A stretch of 64,000 nucleotides of DNA from an uncultured Phycisphaeraceae bacterium (GTDB lineage: Bacteria; Planctomycetota; Phycisphaerae; UBA1845). The position numbers and the translations under genes were made by a program. Shown piece after piece: positions 52,989-61,889 of the stretch. Numbering within the stretch: position 1 is the first letter of the stretch; every line of letters starts with the position of its first letter. Where the stretch lies: assembly GCA_964494205.1 (NCBI GenBank), contig CAZBRD010000012.1, positions 49,086 through 113,085 of the forward strand, in the 5' to 3' direction. Under the pieces are notes generated by a model, which was not told the DNA's origin, searched no databases, and was given only the letters and a program-made list of their open reading frames with translations.

Positions 52989-55370
52989 TCAGAACAGATT
53001 GGCCTCTTCCACCCACTTGAAGTACTTCCGCCACTCGTCGCGCGACTCCATTAATCCGTCGGAATGAAACGCCTCTGAGGGCAGCGCGTCGACAAGCACG
53101 AGCGCACGCGCCAGCGCCGACTTGGCCTCGGCGGATTCTCCAAGAAACGTGTAGCAGTTGATGATCTGAACGTGCGCCGAGAGACCGGCAGCCTGTCGCT
53201 GAAAACGCCCGGCGGCGTCCTCGTAGAGCTTCAAAGCCAATCGATGTTCGCCGACATCGAACGCACAATCCGCCTGATACAGGTATGCGTGGCGGATATA
53301 CATTTCGTCGAGCTGAGGCAGATGAACGTTTTCATCTTTCTCGTAGTTCTGAACGATCTTGCGGAAGTACTCCTGTGCTTTACGCATGCGCGAGGAGTAA
53401 CGATCGCGGAGGTCATCACCCTGCGCTGTCGAACGAGCATCTTTCCACTGATCTTTGATGGCGCGGGCACTGCGACGATAGGAATCACCCAGGAAATACA
53501 GCGATCGCGAAACGCGCGCGTCATCGGGATATCGCGCGACCGCTTCTTCCAGCGTTTCGATTGAGGCGTCGAATTCTCCGCGACGATTCTGCACTTCGCC
53601 TAACAGGAAAAGCGCATCCGCAAAGGCAGGCGCTTTCGGAGTGAAAACTTCAGAGTCGTCAAGAATGATCTTCAGCGCACGAATGGCGTCGTCTTCATGA
53701 CTCGGTCCGAGTGAAAGATAGCTTTCAGCCAGCGGAACAAGCGAACCCATTCCATCAACGCTGCGTGGGAATCGGCGGAAGCATTCTTCGAAAGCGGTGA
53801 TCGCTTTGCTGGGGACCCCCATCGCTTGATACGACTGCCCCATTCGCAGGAAAGCTCGCGGCGTCAGCGAATCAGCCGGTCGCGCCAACACGTAGGCCAT
53901 GTACCCGTTGGCCGCATTTTCATGCTGACCAGCCCGGCCAAATAGCTCGGCAGATAGCCAGCTTGCATCGCCCGCTTGGCGATCATCGAGGGTGGCGACG
54001 ACGGCCAATTGACCAAAAGTGACGGCGGCATCGCCGAACATCGCTCGCGCTTCGGCAAGCTTGAGTTGCTTAGTCTCTTCATCGTCTTCGTTTGAGGTCA
54101 ACGCATCTTTTTCAAGTTTCTCCGCCAGCATCGTCTGTGTTTGTGCGAGTTGCGTGAGAAATACGATTGACTGGGTTACGTCTTCCTTGTTGACAAGCGA
54201 AGTGGCTAGTCGAGCGTATTCAAGCGCTGGGAGTAGTTCGCCTTTTTGTCGCGATGATTCAGATTGAACCGACAACGAGCCACGCACAACATCGCGATCG
54301 ACGGGTCCGCCCGGCGGCATCGTAACAACTGCACTGGCCACGCCGCGAAAAGCCTCGATGGCATCGACATGGCGATCGAGCATGGCCAGCGCTTCAGCCC
54401 TGCCAAGACGGATCGCCACGCTGTATGGCCCCGAGAAATAGTGCAGGATCGCATCGTCGAAGAACGAAAGGGCCTCGTTGGGCATCGGTAGCGGGCTGTG
54501 GCTCAAGGCAACGCGACCAAGCAGCCAACCCACACGAGCGTACGTTTCGTCGTCGTTCTTGATTTGCCGCTGAACCGCGCGAAGGTGAGTTTCCGCCTCG
54601 TCGAGCCGACCCGTTCGGTAATACAACCAACCCTGTAGAAAATCGACGCGATTCCGCAGCGGTGAGTCGTTGAACTTATGCCGATGCAGTGCCAGCAAGC
54701 TGTCACCCTCAGGCAGGCGATTCAGTTCTTCCAGAAGATCGAGCTTTCGCTCCAACGCCCAGAGCAGCATTTCGAGGTCCGAGTCCTTGATCTCGGTCAA
54801 TAAACGGTCGAGTTCGTGGTCGATTTCTTCGGACTTGGCCGCAAGGCGGCGTTCGCGCAATTCGATCACATGACGAAGCAGCCGGGCGGCGCTATCGACT
54901 CCCTTCGATAGCGCCACCTCATACTGCTCTACTGCCGGAACGATTTCATCTTGCCACTCAAGCGCCTGTCCCCATCGCTCGCAATCGACAGCCTCAAGGT
55001 TGCCGGGAATGGCGTTTGCTTGTTCAAAGCTCTCGATGATCGCGCGACCGACTTCCGGCTTGCGCTTGTCGAGGCGAAGTGCTTCCGCGAATCGCGCTCG
55101 CGCGAATTGCAGATGGATGAAGGCCTTGTGGTCGTCGTTGACGTCATCGCGATGCAGAAGCGACTTGGCCACACCGATCGCGCGTTGATTCAAGCCCTCT
55201 TCCACCAACGCCTGCAAAGAGGCCAGTCGTTCACCCAATGGAGTCGGCGGCGGTGGTTCGGGGCGAAGGCGTAATAATGAGGTGACGAGCAGGCCGAGCG
55301 AGCAGAGGAAGAGCGGAATTTGCCACTTCCCCGCAAGGCGATTTCGAAGCGTTTCAGCCATGAAGCCCAT
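52989..55370 (-). CDS. Membrane-anchored TPR-repeat protein
   Basis: N-terminal TM (WQIPLFLCSLGLLVTSLL) and many TPR-like A/Y/L-patterned helices. First gene of the TPR/FlgN-like/HK/RR operon. The start was set at ATG 55370. Confidence 0.7.
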   Translation of the reverse strand: MGFMAETLRNRLAGKWQIPLFLCSLGLLVTSLLRLRPEPPPPTPLGERLASLQALVEEGLNQRAIGVAKSLLHRDDVNDDHKAFIHLQFARARFAEALRLDKRKPEVGRAIIESFEQANAIPGNLEAVDCERWGQALEWQDEIVPAVEQYEVALSKGVDSAARLLRHVIELRERRLAAKSEEIDHELDRLLTEIKDSDLEMLLWALERKLDLLEELNRLPEGDSLLALHRHKFNDSPLRNRVDFLQGWLYYRTGRLDEAETHLRAVQRQIKNDDETYARVGWLLGRVALSHSPLPMPNEALSFFDDAILHYFSGPYSVAIRLGRAEALAMLDRHVDAIEAFRGVASAVVTMPPGGPVDRDVVRGSLSVQSESSRQKGELLPALEYARLATSLVNKEDVTQSIVFLTQLAQTQTMLAEKLEKDALTSNEDDEETKQLKLAEARAMFGDAAVTFGQLAVVATLDDRQAGDASWLSAELFGRAGQHENAANGYMAYVLARPADSLTPRAFLRMGQSYQAMGVPSKAITAFEECFRRFPRSVDGMGSLVPLAESYLSLGPSHEDDAIRALKIILDDSEVFTPKAPAFADALFLLGEVQNRRGEFDASIETLEEAVARYPDDARVSRSLYFLGDSYRRSARAIKDQWKDARSTAQGDDLRDRYSSRMRKAQEYFRKIVQNYEKDENVHLPQLDEMYIRHAYLYQADCAFDVGEHRLALKLYEDAAGRFQRQAAGLSAHVQIINCYTFLGESAEAKSALARALVLVDALPSEAFHSDGLMESRDEWRKYFKWVEEANLF

Positions 55371-55752
55371 CCTGAGCGAAAATTGCTCGCTGCAACTTCC
55401 TGATGCAGTAGGGTGATTTGTCGGCAGATGTTGCCGATCCTCTTGACCGTGTTGCTGACTTGTGAAAAGCCTGTTTACAGGGTTGAAAATGCGGCATAGA
55501 ACCAATTGCAAAAGCTGACATAACTGTCTATTTCAGATTAAGTTACGTCAGATTAAGGCGTGGTTGCCGATATGTTGAATTATTTTTTTCGATGTGAAGC
55601 AAACTGCAGCCAAGTCCGGTAATTCACAGCTTTGCAGAACTGCGAACTTGGTGCGCGCAATCGCTCAATCATGCGCATCATTCAACGACTCACGATGAAA
55701 TCGCGCAAGACAATCTTGTCGGGCAACAGATGCCGTATGAAACCGAAGCGAA

Positions 55753-56052
55753 CTAGAAATTGATCGAGAGTTCGAGGTCGCGGGCGATGCCTTTTGCCTT
55801 CTCGATTTCAAGTTGCGGGTCGTCGCTGATCTTCGTCACGTAGAGGGGATTGGACCCCATAACACTCGGCAGCATGGCCGACCCCCGTGCAATCGCTCCT
55901 TCAGACACGCGGACAAGATGACCGCTCCAATCGCAGACGTAGCAACCCGGTTGCCGAATAGCGTCAAACAACATGCGGACACCGATGTTGGCTGAGCGCT
56001 CCTTTTCGATGTGCGTCGTAGTGGCGGCGTTACCTGAGGTGTGGTGATTCAC
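55753..56052 (-). CDS. Conserved small protein (99 aa), paralog 2 of the PGCYVC-WSGHLVRV family
   Basis: GTG start with GGAG 8 nt upstream. Core FDAIRQPGCYVCDWSGHLVRVSEG matches FDCINEPGCYVCNWSGHLVRVPQDG of 15506-15799. Both end in NF. Confidence 0.55.
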   Translation of the reverse strand: MNHHTSGNAATTTHIEKERSANIGVRMLFDAIRQPGCYVCDWSGHLVRVSEGAIARGSAMLPSVMGSNPLYVTKISDDPQLEIEKAKGIARDLELSINF

Positions 56053-56335
56053 GGTGAGACTCCTGACACGCAGTGTCGAAATGTGATTGGCTGGTTCTTG
56101 CGGCGCGAACTATCGCGTCTCCAGCCCTATCGGTAGGGGCTGAATGAGCCTAAAGCTCTGTCATACATGACAATTCGATTACTTCGTGTCGCACCAATCC
56201 ACAGTGACGGGCCGCCGTTGTCGCGAACATAAGTCGCAGGATTATCGGTAGCACCCTTGTGCTGATGACCGAGGAGGCAGTGTACATTTAGAGTCCTTGA
56301 ATTACCTCGTGGTGCAAACCAGTCATCCGGCGTGG

Positions 56336-57121
56336 CTAACTCACTTCAATAATGATGTCCTGCGGTTTTCCAAACCGATCGGACGCGCGGCCCTGATTGA
56401 GCGCCACTTCCAGATGACCACTGCTTCCCATGTAGGCCACAGGTTCACCAACCGCCACTTCATGAAAAGAAGCGCGAATCGGGCCGATCGAGACGCCGCC
56501 AACCAAAACTTCCCAAGCGCGGTTGTGGACTCGCGGAGCAGCCAACTGCTCCATTCTGATATTGGTGATCAAGTTCCCGAAGCGGTCGACATGCAGCACG
56601 CGCCCTCGAATCCCTTGCGGAGTCGAATTGGCCTTATGTGGCACGGATAGCAGTTCGACCCGATCGGCAGCACGACCGAAATCAAAGAGCTTAGCGCCGT
56701 TCGCGAGATGAGCGGCTGCGGGAGCGAGCACGTCGCGACCGTGAAACGTGTTCGAAACCACCGGCAGGCCGAGTCGAGGGTTTTCGATGAAGTGCAGCGC
56801 CTGCATGGGAAAGTCGCGATGCACGAACGTGACCAGGCCGTTATCCGGCGCAACCAACATTCGGCCATCGTATTGCCCTACTAACAGCCGCCGGGTTGAA
56901 CCGACACCCGGGTCCACAATGGCTAGATGAATGGTGCCCGATGGAAACCAAGACCACACTTGCCGGAGAATGAACGCAGCGTGCAGGATGTTATGAGCGG
57001 GGATTTCGTGCGTGACGTCCACCAAGTCAGCATTTTTGGCGATGCCCAGTATGACGCCCTTCACGACCGCAACGAAGTGGTCCTGCGTGCCATAGTCTGT
57101 CATGAGCGTGATGATGGCCAA
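56336..57121 (-). CDS. SAM hydrolase / SAM-dependent halogenase family protein (DUF62)
   Basis: N-terminal ITLMTDYGTQDHFVAVVKGVI and DPGVGS motifs typical of the family. Confidence 0.8.
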   Translation of the reverse strand: MAIITLMTDYGTQDHFVAVVKGVILGIAKNADLVDVTHEIPAHNILHAAFILRQVWSWFPSGTIHLAIVDPGVGSTRRLLVGQYDGRMLVAPDNGLVTFVHRDFPMQALHFIENPRLGLPVVSNTFHGRDVLAPAAAHLANGAKLFDFGRAADRVELLSVPHKANSTPQGIRGRVLHVDRFGNLITNIRMEQLAAPRVHNRAWEVLVGGVSIGPIRASFHEVAVGEPVAYMGSSGHLEVALNQGRASDRFGKPQDIIIEVS

Positions 57122-57317
57122 GATCGCGCGCCTAGAGGTTTAGTTCATCCGTCAGCTTTGCGTCACGTTCACTTTATTCGTGACCGCCTTGTTTGAGGAT
57201 GATACTATTTTAATAGGCAAGGTCGATCGCCAGGTCTGCGCCGCATTTGCCCAACATCATCGGCGACTCGCGCGTGAGACTTTTCGGGCGGCGTTTGTCG
57301 CAACAGTCGGGACTCTT

Positions 57318-58070
57318 ATGATTTTCTCTCTTCTATCAGAACAACGTCGCCGCATGGTCGAAGATCAGATCCGCCATCGGGGAGTAACGGACGAACGAGT
57401 GCTAAGCGCTTTGGCTTCCGTGCCGCGCGAATCATTCATTCCGCCCGAATTTCAAGATTTGGCCTACGAGGACCGGGCCGTGCCGATCGGATTGGACCAG
57501 ACCATCAGTCAGCCGTACATCGTGGCGTACATGACCGAGCAATTACAAGTTTCGCCACATCATCGCGTGCTGGAAATCGGAACTGGGACGGGCTATCAAA
57601 CCGCTGTATTGTCGCGACTGGCCGCGTGTGTTTACAGCGTTGAACGTCTTGGCTCGTTGCAGGGTCGAGCCGCTGAGATTCTGAGCCAACTCGGAATCGG
57701 CAACGTACGTTTTCGCGTTGGCGATGGTACGTTGGGATGGATTGACAGCCCGTTGAAAAAGTCCGAATCGGGCACGAGTAACTGCGTTTTCGATAGCGCT
57801 ACACAGGGTGAACCGCGTTGCAAAGTAGTTTTTCAACGGGCTGTTGAGGAAGCGCCGTTTGATCGCATCATGGTCACGGCTGCGGCCCCGCGCGTACCGC
57901 CGTCGCTGCTGGATCAACTCGCGGACGGCGGAATCCTGATCGCGCCGCTGGGTGGTTGGCAGAACCAGCACGTCACGCGCATCGAACGAAGCGGCGATAA
58001 CCTGATTGAAACGCCGTTGCTGGCTTGCCGTTTTGTGAAGCTGCTAGGCGAAGAAGGCTGGCACGAGTGA
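57318..58070 (+). CDS. pcm: Protein-L-isoaspartate O-methyltransferase with a ~34-aa in-frame insertion
   Basis: QTISQPYIVAYM, VLEIGTGTGYQTAVL, GDGTLGW ... APFDRIMVTAAAP. The insertion is flanked by a 16-bp inverted repeat (57745-57760 / 57829-57844). Confidence 0.85.
   Translation: MIFSLLSEQRRRMVEDQIRHRGVTDERVLSALASVPRESFIPPEFQDLAYEDRAVPIGLDQTISQPYIVAYMTEQLQVSPHHRVLEIGTGTGYQTAVLSRLAACVYSVERLGSLQGRAAEILSQLGIGNVRFRVGDGTLGWIDSPLKKSESGTSNCVFDSATQGEPRCKVVFQRAVEEAPFDRIMVTAAAPRVPPSLLDQLADGGILIAPLGGWQNQHVTRIERSGDNLIETPLLACRFVKLLGEEGWHE
57745..57844. repeat. Palindromic ~100-bp element embedded in frame in pcm
   Basis: 16-bp perfect terminal inverted repeat: ACAGCCCGTTGAAAAA (57745-57760) and TTTTTCAACGGGCTGT (57829-57844). 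Confidence 0.8.
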
Positions 58071-58079
58071 CACACCGTG

Positions 58080-59042
58080 TCACTTTCGCATCGTCGTACC
58101 CGTTCTACCGGCCAGCGCGTCGGAAGCTTTATCGAGCGAACCGATGACGGCCCGCGCGTCTGGGCGTTTAACCTGTTCGAGGAAATTGATCGCACCCTGA
58201 ATTTTCGGCCCCATGGAACCAGCGGGGAATTGCCCCTCCGCGAGCCACTTCTTCGCCTCTGCGACTGTCATGTTGTCCAGCGGACGCTGTTCCGGCTTGC
58301 CGAAGTTGATACTTACTCGATCGACGGCGGTCAGAATCACGAGTGCACTGGCATTAAGCTCCGAAGCGATCAGCGCCGATGCGAAGTCCTTGTCGATGAC
58401 AGCAGGAACACCCTTGAGGCCGACTTCATCATCGTGAATTACTGGCACGCCCCCACCGCCGCACGTAACAATCAAGTCTCCGTCCTCGACGGCGCGGCGA
58501 ATGAGTTTCATTTCCATGATTTTCTTGGGCATCGGAGACGGCACTACGCGGCGGAACTTGCCGGGCTGAATTTCCTTCATCACCCAGCCTTCATCGCGTT
58601 CACGTTGCTCAGCTTCATCCTTGGTCATGACCCGCCCGATCGGCTTGGTTGGATTACGGAAAGACGGATCCTGACTATCGACCTGTATCGTGGTGACAAT
58701 GGCTGTCACCACTTGATCACGACCGCGATGGGCGAGTTCATTCGTTAGCGTCTGGGCGATCATGAACCCCATCCCGCCCTGGACGTGGGCGACAGCTACT
58801 TCCATGGCCAATGGGTAAATCGCGGAGCAGGCAGCCTCGTTTCGCAGGAGGAAGTTGCCGATCTGCGGCCCGTTGCCGTGCGTGATGACCAGCTGGTAAC
58901 CCTGCTCGATTAGATCAGCCAACTGCCGCGCCGTCGCACGGGAGTTCTCGAACTGCTGGGCGACGTTGCCCTCTTGATTTTCCTGCGAGATCGCGTTGCC
59001 ACCGAGTGCAACGACCACGATTTTGTTTGGCACACTAGTCAT
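58080..59042 (-). CDS. arcC: Carbamate kinase
   Basis: N-terminal IVVALGGNAI, amino-acid-kinase fold and about 320 aa. Confidence 0.85.
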   Translation of the reverse strand: MTSVPNKIVVVALGGNAISQENQEGNVAQQFENSRATARQLADLIEQGYQLVITHGNGPQIGNFLLRNEAACSAIYPLAMEVAVAHVQGGMGFMIAQTLTNELAHRGRDQVVTAIVTTIQVDSQDPSFRNPTKPIGRVMTKDEAEQRERDEGWVMKEIQPGKFRRVVPSPMPKKIMEMKLIRRAVEDGDLIVTCGGGGVPVIHDDEVGLKGVPAVIDKDFASALIASELNASALVILTAVDRVSINFGKPEQRPLDNMTVAEAKKWLAEGQFPAGSMGPKIQGAINFLEQVKRPDARAVIGSLDKASDALAGRTGTTMRK

Positions 59043-59207
59043 TTTTCACCGAAACCATTCCAGCCCCCGAAATGGGGAAACCACGCATTATATCGGCGGG
59101 ACGGACCCATTTCATCGGGGTTCAAACAGGGAATCCATGAATGATGTTGTCGATTGGCGAATTACTTGCGAGTTTTCGGATAGAGCGACCTCCACTAGAC
59201 TGCACGA

Positions 59208-60467
59208 ATGAAACCCGCATCCTTCACTGCCGGCGTCACGCTTCCCTACCTCACGGCGGACCTGCCGGGCGTGGGCGGCATCATCAAGCGATACAACGAA
59301 GATTTTGTCGTTGAAGAACTGCCGCTCTATCCCGCGAGCGGGCAAGGCACGCACATCTTTTTCCAGATCGAGAAGCAAGGGATGACGACGCTGTCGGCTA
59401 TCCAGCGGATCGCGGGGGCGGTCGGTCGGCAACCAAGAGACATTGGTTATGCCGGATTGAAGGACGCGCACGGCGTGACGCGACAAAGGTTCAGTCTTGA
59501 GCACATTGACCCCGCGAAGATTGAAGGCGTATCTATTAGCGGAATGCGAGTGCTTTCCACAACGCGACATTCGAACAAGATCAAACTCGGTCATCTGGCG
59601 GGCAATAAGTTCGTGATCAAACTGCGGGAGGCGGAAGTCGGTTCGCTTGGCAAGGCGCGGAATATTCTTGATGTACTGCGGAAGCGTGGTGTTCCGAACT
59701 ATTTCGGGCCGCAGCGATTTGGATCGCGTGGAGATAATGGTTTGATCGGGCTGGCGGTTGTGCGGGATCAGTATGATGAAGCTATCGCGCTAATGTTGGG
59801 GCGACCGGGGCCGTTTGATCATGGTGCTGTGCAAAGGGCGCGCGAGTTGTTTGATGCGGGTCAATTGGAAGAGTCGGCGGATGCTTGGCCCGGTGCGTTC
59901 AATCAGCAGCGGCGAGTTTGTCGAGCGTTCGCCAAAAGCGGCGGCGACGCGCGGGCGGCGTGGCGCGCGGTGGATCACACGCTTCGCAAACTGTACATCT
60001 CTGCGCTGCAGAGTGAGTTGTTCAATCGCGTGCTGGGAAAGCGAATCGGTGAGATTGATCGACTTGAGACGGGCGACATCGCGTGGAAGCATGTGAACGG
60101 TGCGTGCTTCCGAGTGGAAGATGCGGCCGTTGAGCAGCCGAGGTGTGATGCGTTCGAGATTTCTGCGACGGGGCCGTTGCACGGACGGCGGATGACGGAA
60201 CCGACGGGTCGAGCGGGAGAGATTGAATCGGCTGTGCTGGCAGAGATAAGCCTCGATAAGGAAACAGTCGTCGCGAAAGATGGGGGCAAGCTGGACGGAG
60301 CCCGTCGGCCATTAAGGGTGCCACTGCGTGACACTGAGGCAACGGAAGGGAAAGATGATCGCGGGCCGTTTTTGCAGGTTTGCTTCGCGTTGCCGGCGGG
60401 GTCGTATGCGACGAGCGTGGCGCGGGAGATCTGCAAGAATGAGGCGGATGCGAACGAGGGGGAATGA
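59208..60467 (+). CDS. truD: tRNA pseudouridine(13) synthase
   Basis: TruD catalytic GLKDAHGVTRQ motif and FGPQRFG. Confidence 0.85.
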   Translation: MKPASFTAGVTLPYLTADLPGVGGIIKRYNEDFVVEELPLYPASGQGTHIFFQIEKQGMTTLSAIQRIAGAVGRQPRDIGYAGLKDAHGVTRQRFSLEHIDPAKIEGVSISGMRVLSTTRHSNKIKLGHLAGNKFVIKLREAEVGSLGKARNILDVLRKRGVPNYFGPQRFGSRGDNGLIGLAVVRDQYDEAIALMLGRPGPFDHGAVQRARELFDAGQLEESADAWPGAFNQQRRVCRAFAKSGGDARAAWRAVDHTLRKLYISALQSELFNRVLGKRIGEIDRLETGDIAWKHVNGACFRVEDAAVEQPRCDAFEISATGPLHGRRMTEPTGRAGEIESAVLAEISLDKETVVAKDGGKLDGARRPLRVPLRDTEATEGKDDRGPFLQVCFALPAGSYATSVAREICKNEADANEGE

Positions 60468-60488
60468 ATTGAGTCGCCTCATACGTCA

Positions 60489-60521
60489 CCACGGCCAAGC
60501 TGCGGCTTGACCGTGCCACCC
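60489..60521 (-). repeat. REP-A palindromic repeat (inverted orientation)
   Basis: Identical to copy 40473-40505. Downstream of truD. Confidence 0.9.
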
Positions 60522-60600
60522 TGTTCACTTGCTCGCGCGTGCAGTTTCGATTGTGGCGCACTGTTTGAATTCCTAACACTACAAATAGTGCCGCTTTGTG

Positions 60601-61212
60601 TCACATGAAGCGTTTCACATAGACCGGGCGCGTTTCGTTGGGCAAAGTGATGTCAACGAACTTCTGTTTCTCAAAGAGATTCGTAACGCCCGTCCAAGCG
60701 AACGCTCCGGGGATCATGGCTCCGTCGCCTTTTGTTGATTTGACCGGATAGCCCTCCAGTTCTTTCGCGCCGTGCTTCTTGGCGACCTTGAGTGCCTGAT
60801 CGAGCAAGGCGGTCGCGACACCCTGGCTACGCCATTTCGAAGGGATGTAGAAGCAGGTGACGGACCATGTTTTTTCACTCCATTCGGTGGCGAGTGCTTT
60901 GACGCGTGCTAGCCGTGGGAAGTCGCCGCGCGGCCCGATGCAGCACCAGCCGACAGGTTCGTCGCCGGAGAACGCGAGGCAGCCGATGACGCGGCCATCC
61001 TTGACGAGTTTCTTGAAGGCTTTGCGGTTCTGATCGTTGGTGCGGTCTGACCACGTTTTGCCGCCCATCGGCACACGCCAGTACATGCACCAGCAGCCGC
61101 CACAGGCACCTTTGTCGCCGAAGAGCTGCTCGATGAGCGGCCAATCGTCGGGGGTGATTTCGCGGGACGTAAGTTTAACGATGGTTGGTTTTGGTTGTTT
61201 TTTTCCGGCCAT
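60601..61212 (-). CDS. GNAT family N-acetyltransferase
   Basis: Acetyl-CoA-binding segment (WRSQGVATALLDQALKVAKKHGA). ATG at 61212. Confidence 0.7.
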   Translation of the reverse strand: MAGKKQPKPTIVKLTSREITPDDWPLIEQLFGDKGACGGCWCMYWRVPMGGKTWSDRTNDQNRKAFKKLVKDGRVIGCLAFSGDEPVGWCCIGPRGDFPRLARVKALATEWSEKTWSVTCFYIPSKWRSQGVATALLDQALKVAKKHGAKELEGYPVKSTKGDGAMIPGAFAWTGVTNLFEKQKFVDITLPNETRPVYVKRFM

Positions 61213-61330
61213 GAGTGGTTTTCTCCGATCCGAACAGAATGCTAACATTGGCTGTGTGGAGCGTCAAGCGAAATCCCTCATGTGAACCGGGGCCAAATGG
61301 GTACAGCGACAATTGGCCATGTAAAGCGGT

Positions 61331-61475
61331 CGTTTCAAATGGCTAATGGCTAGGATGATAAAACTTCGCTTATGTAGTGACACGGTGTGGCACTCAATAA
61401 ACGTCGAAAAGCCAAAGAGTCGAAAACGTCCAAACGAGTTTGAAAACCCAAAACCTAAAGCCAAAACGCCTAAAA
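61331..61475. repeat. Composite repeat D3 (modules 1(partial)-2-3)
   Basis: TTTCAAATGGCTAATGGC ... GTAGTGACACGGTGTGGCAC ... CGTCGAAAAGCCAAAG...CCAAAACCTAAAGCCAAAACGCCTAAAAG. Confidence 0.85.
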
Positions 61476-61889
61476 GGGTTTTTGATTGGGCATCATAACG
61501 AACATGGTGGTAGGCCGCATTGGTTCGCGCAAAGACGCAGAGTCGCAAAGAAGAATTGGGAAGGTTGTTGGGAAAGGATTCCCGAGGGGTTTGGTGCGAG
61601 AAGGGATTCTCGCACCAGCTGAAACTGGGCGGCCATGGCAAAACTCCTTGCATCGCAGTGCAATCAGCAAGCGGCGAACGAGGCGGGTAGAACCCGCCCT
61701 ACGAGTATTTCGCTGATCCAACAACAAGACATGAGATCGCTCAACAGTAAGTAGTATTGCGCGCGCTCAACTGTGGCTGCCGGTGAACAGGCACTGCGCG
61801 GTGTTGGTTTGACCATACCTGCTCCCATTGCACAGAAACGCTAATATCAACTTTTGAATTGAAGTGAATATGCTACAATTCAACCGATC

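Noticed and set aside
55566-55573. A plus-strand GCCGATAT, an exact Bacillus sigma-D -10 box, in the spacer between the TPR operon and small-protein paralog 2. The nearby direct repeat CAGATTAAG x2 (55533-55557) was also noted.
   Set aside because: There is no acceptable -35 element at N11 or N15 spacing, and no plus-strand gene lies downstream for about 1.6 kb. The direct repeat is short and AT-rich, so it could be chance. It might be an operator for the TPR operon, but I cannot support that.
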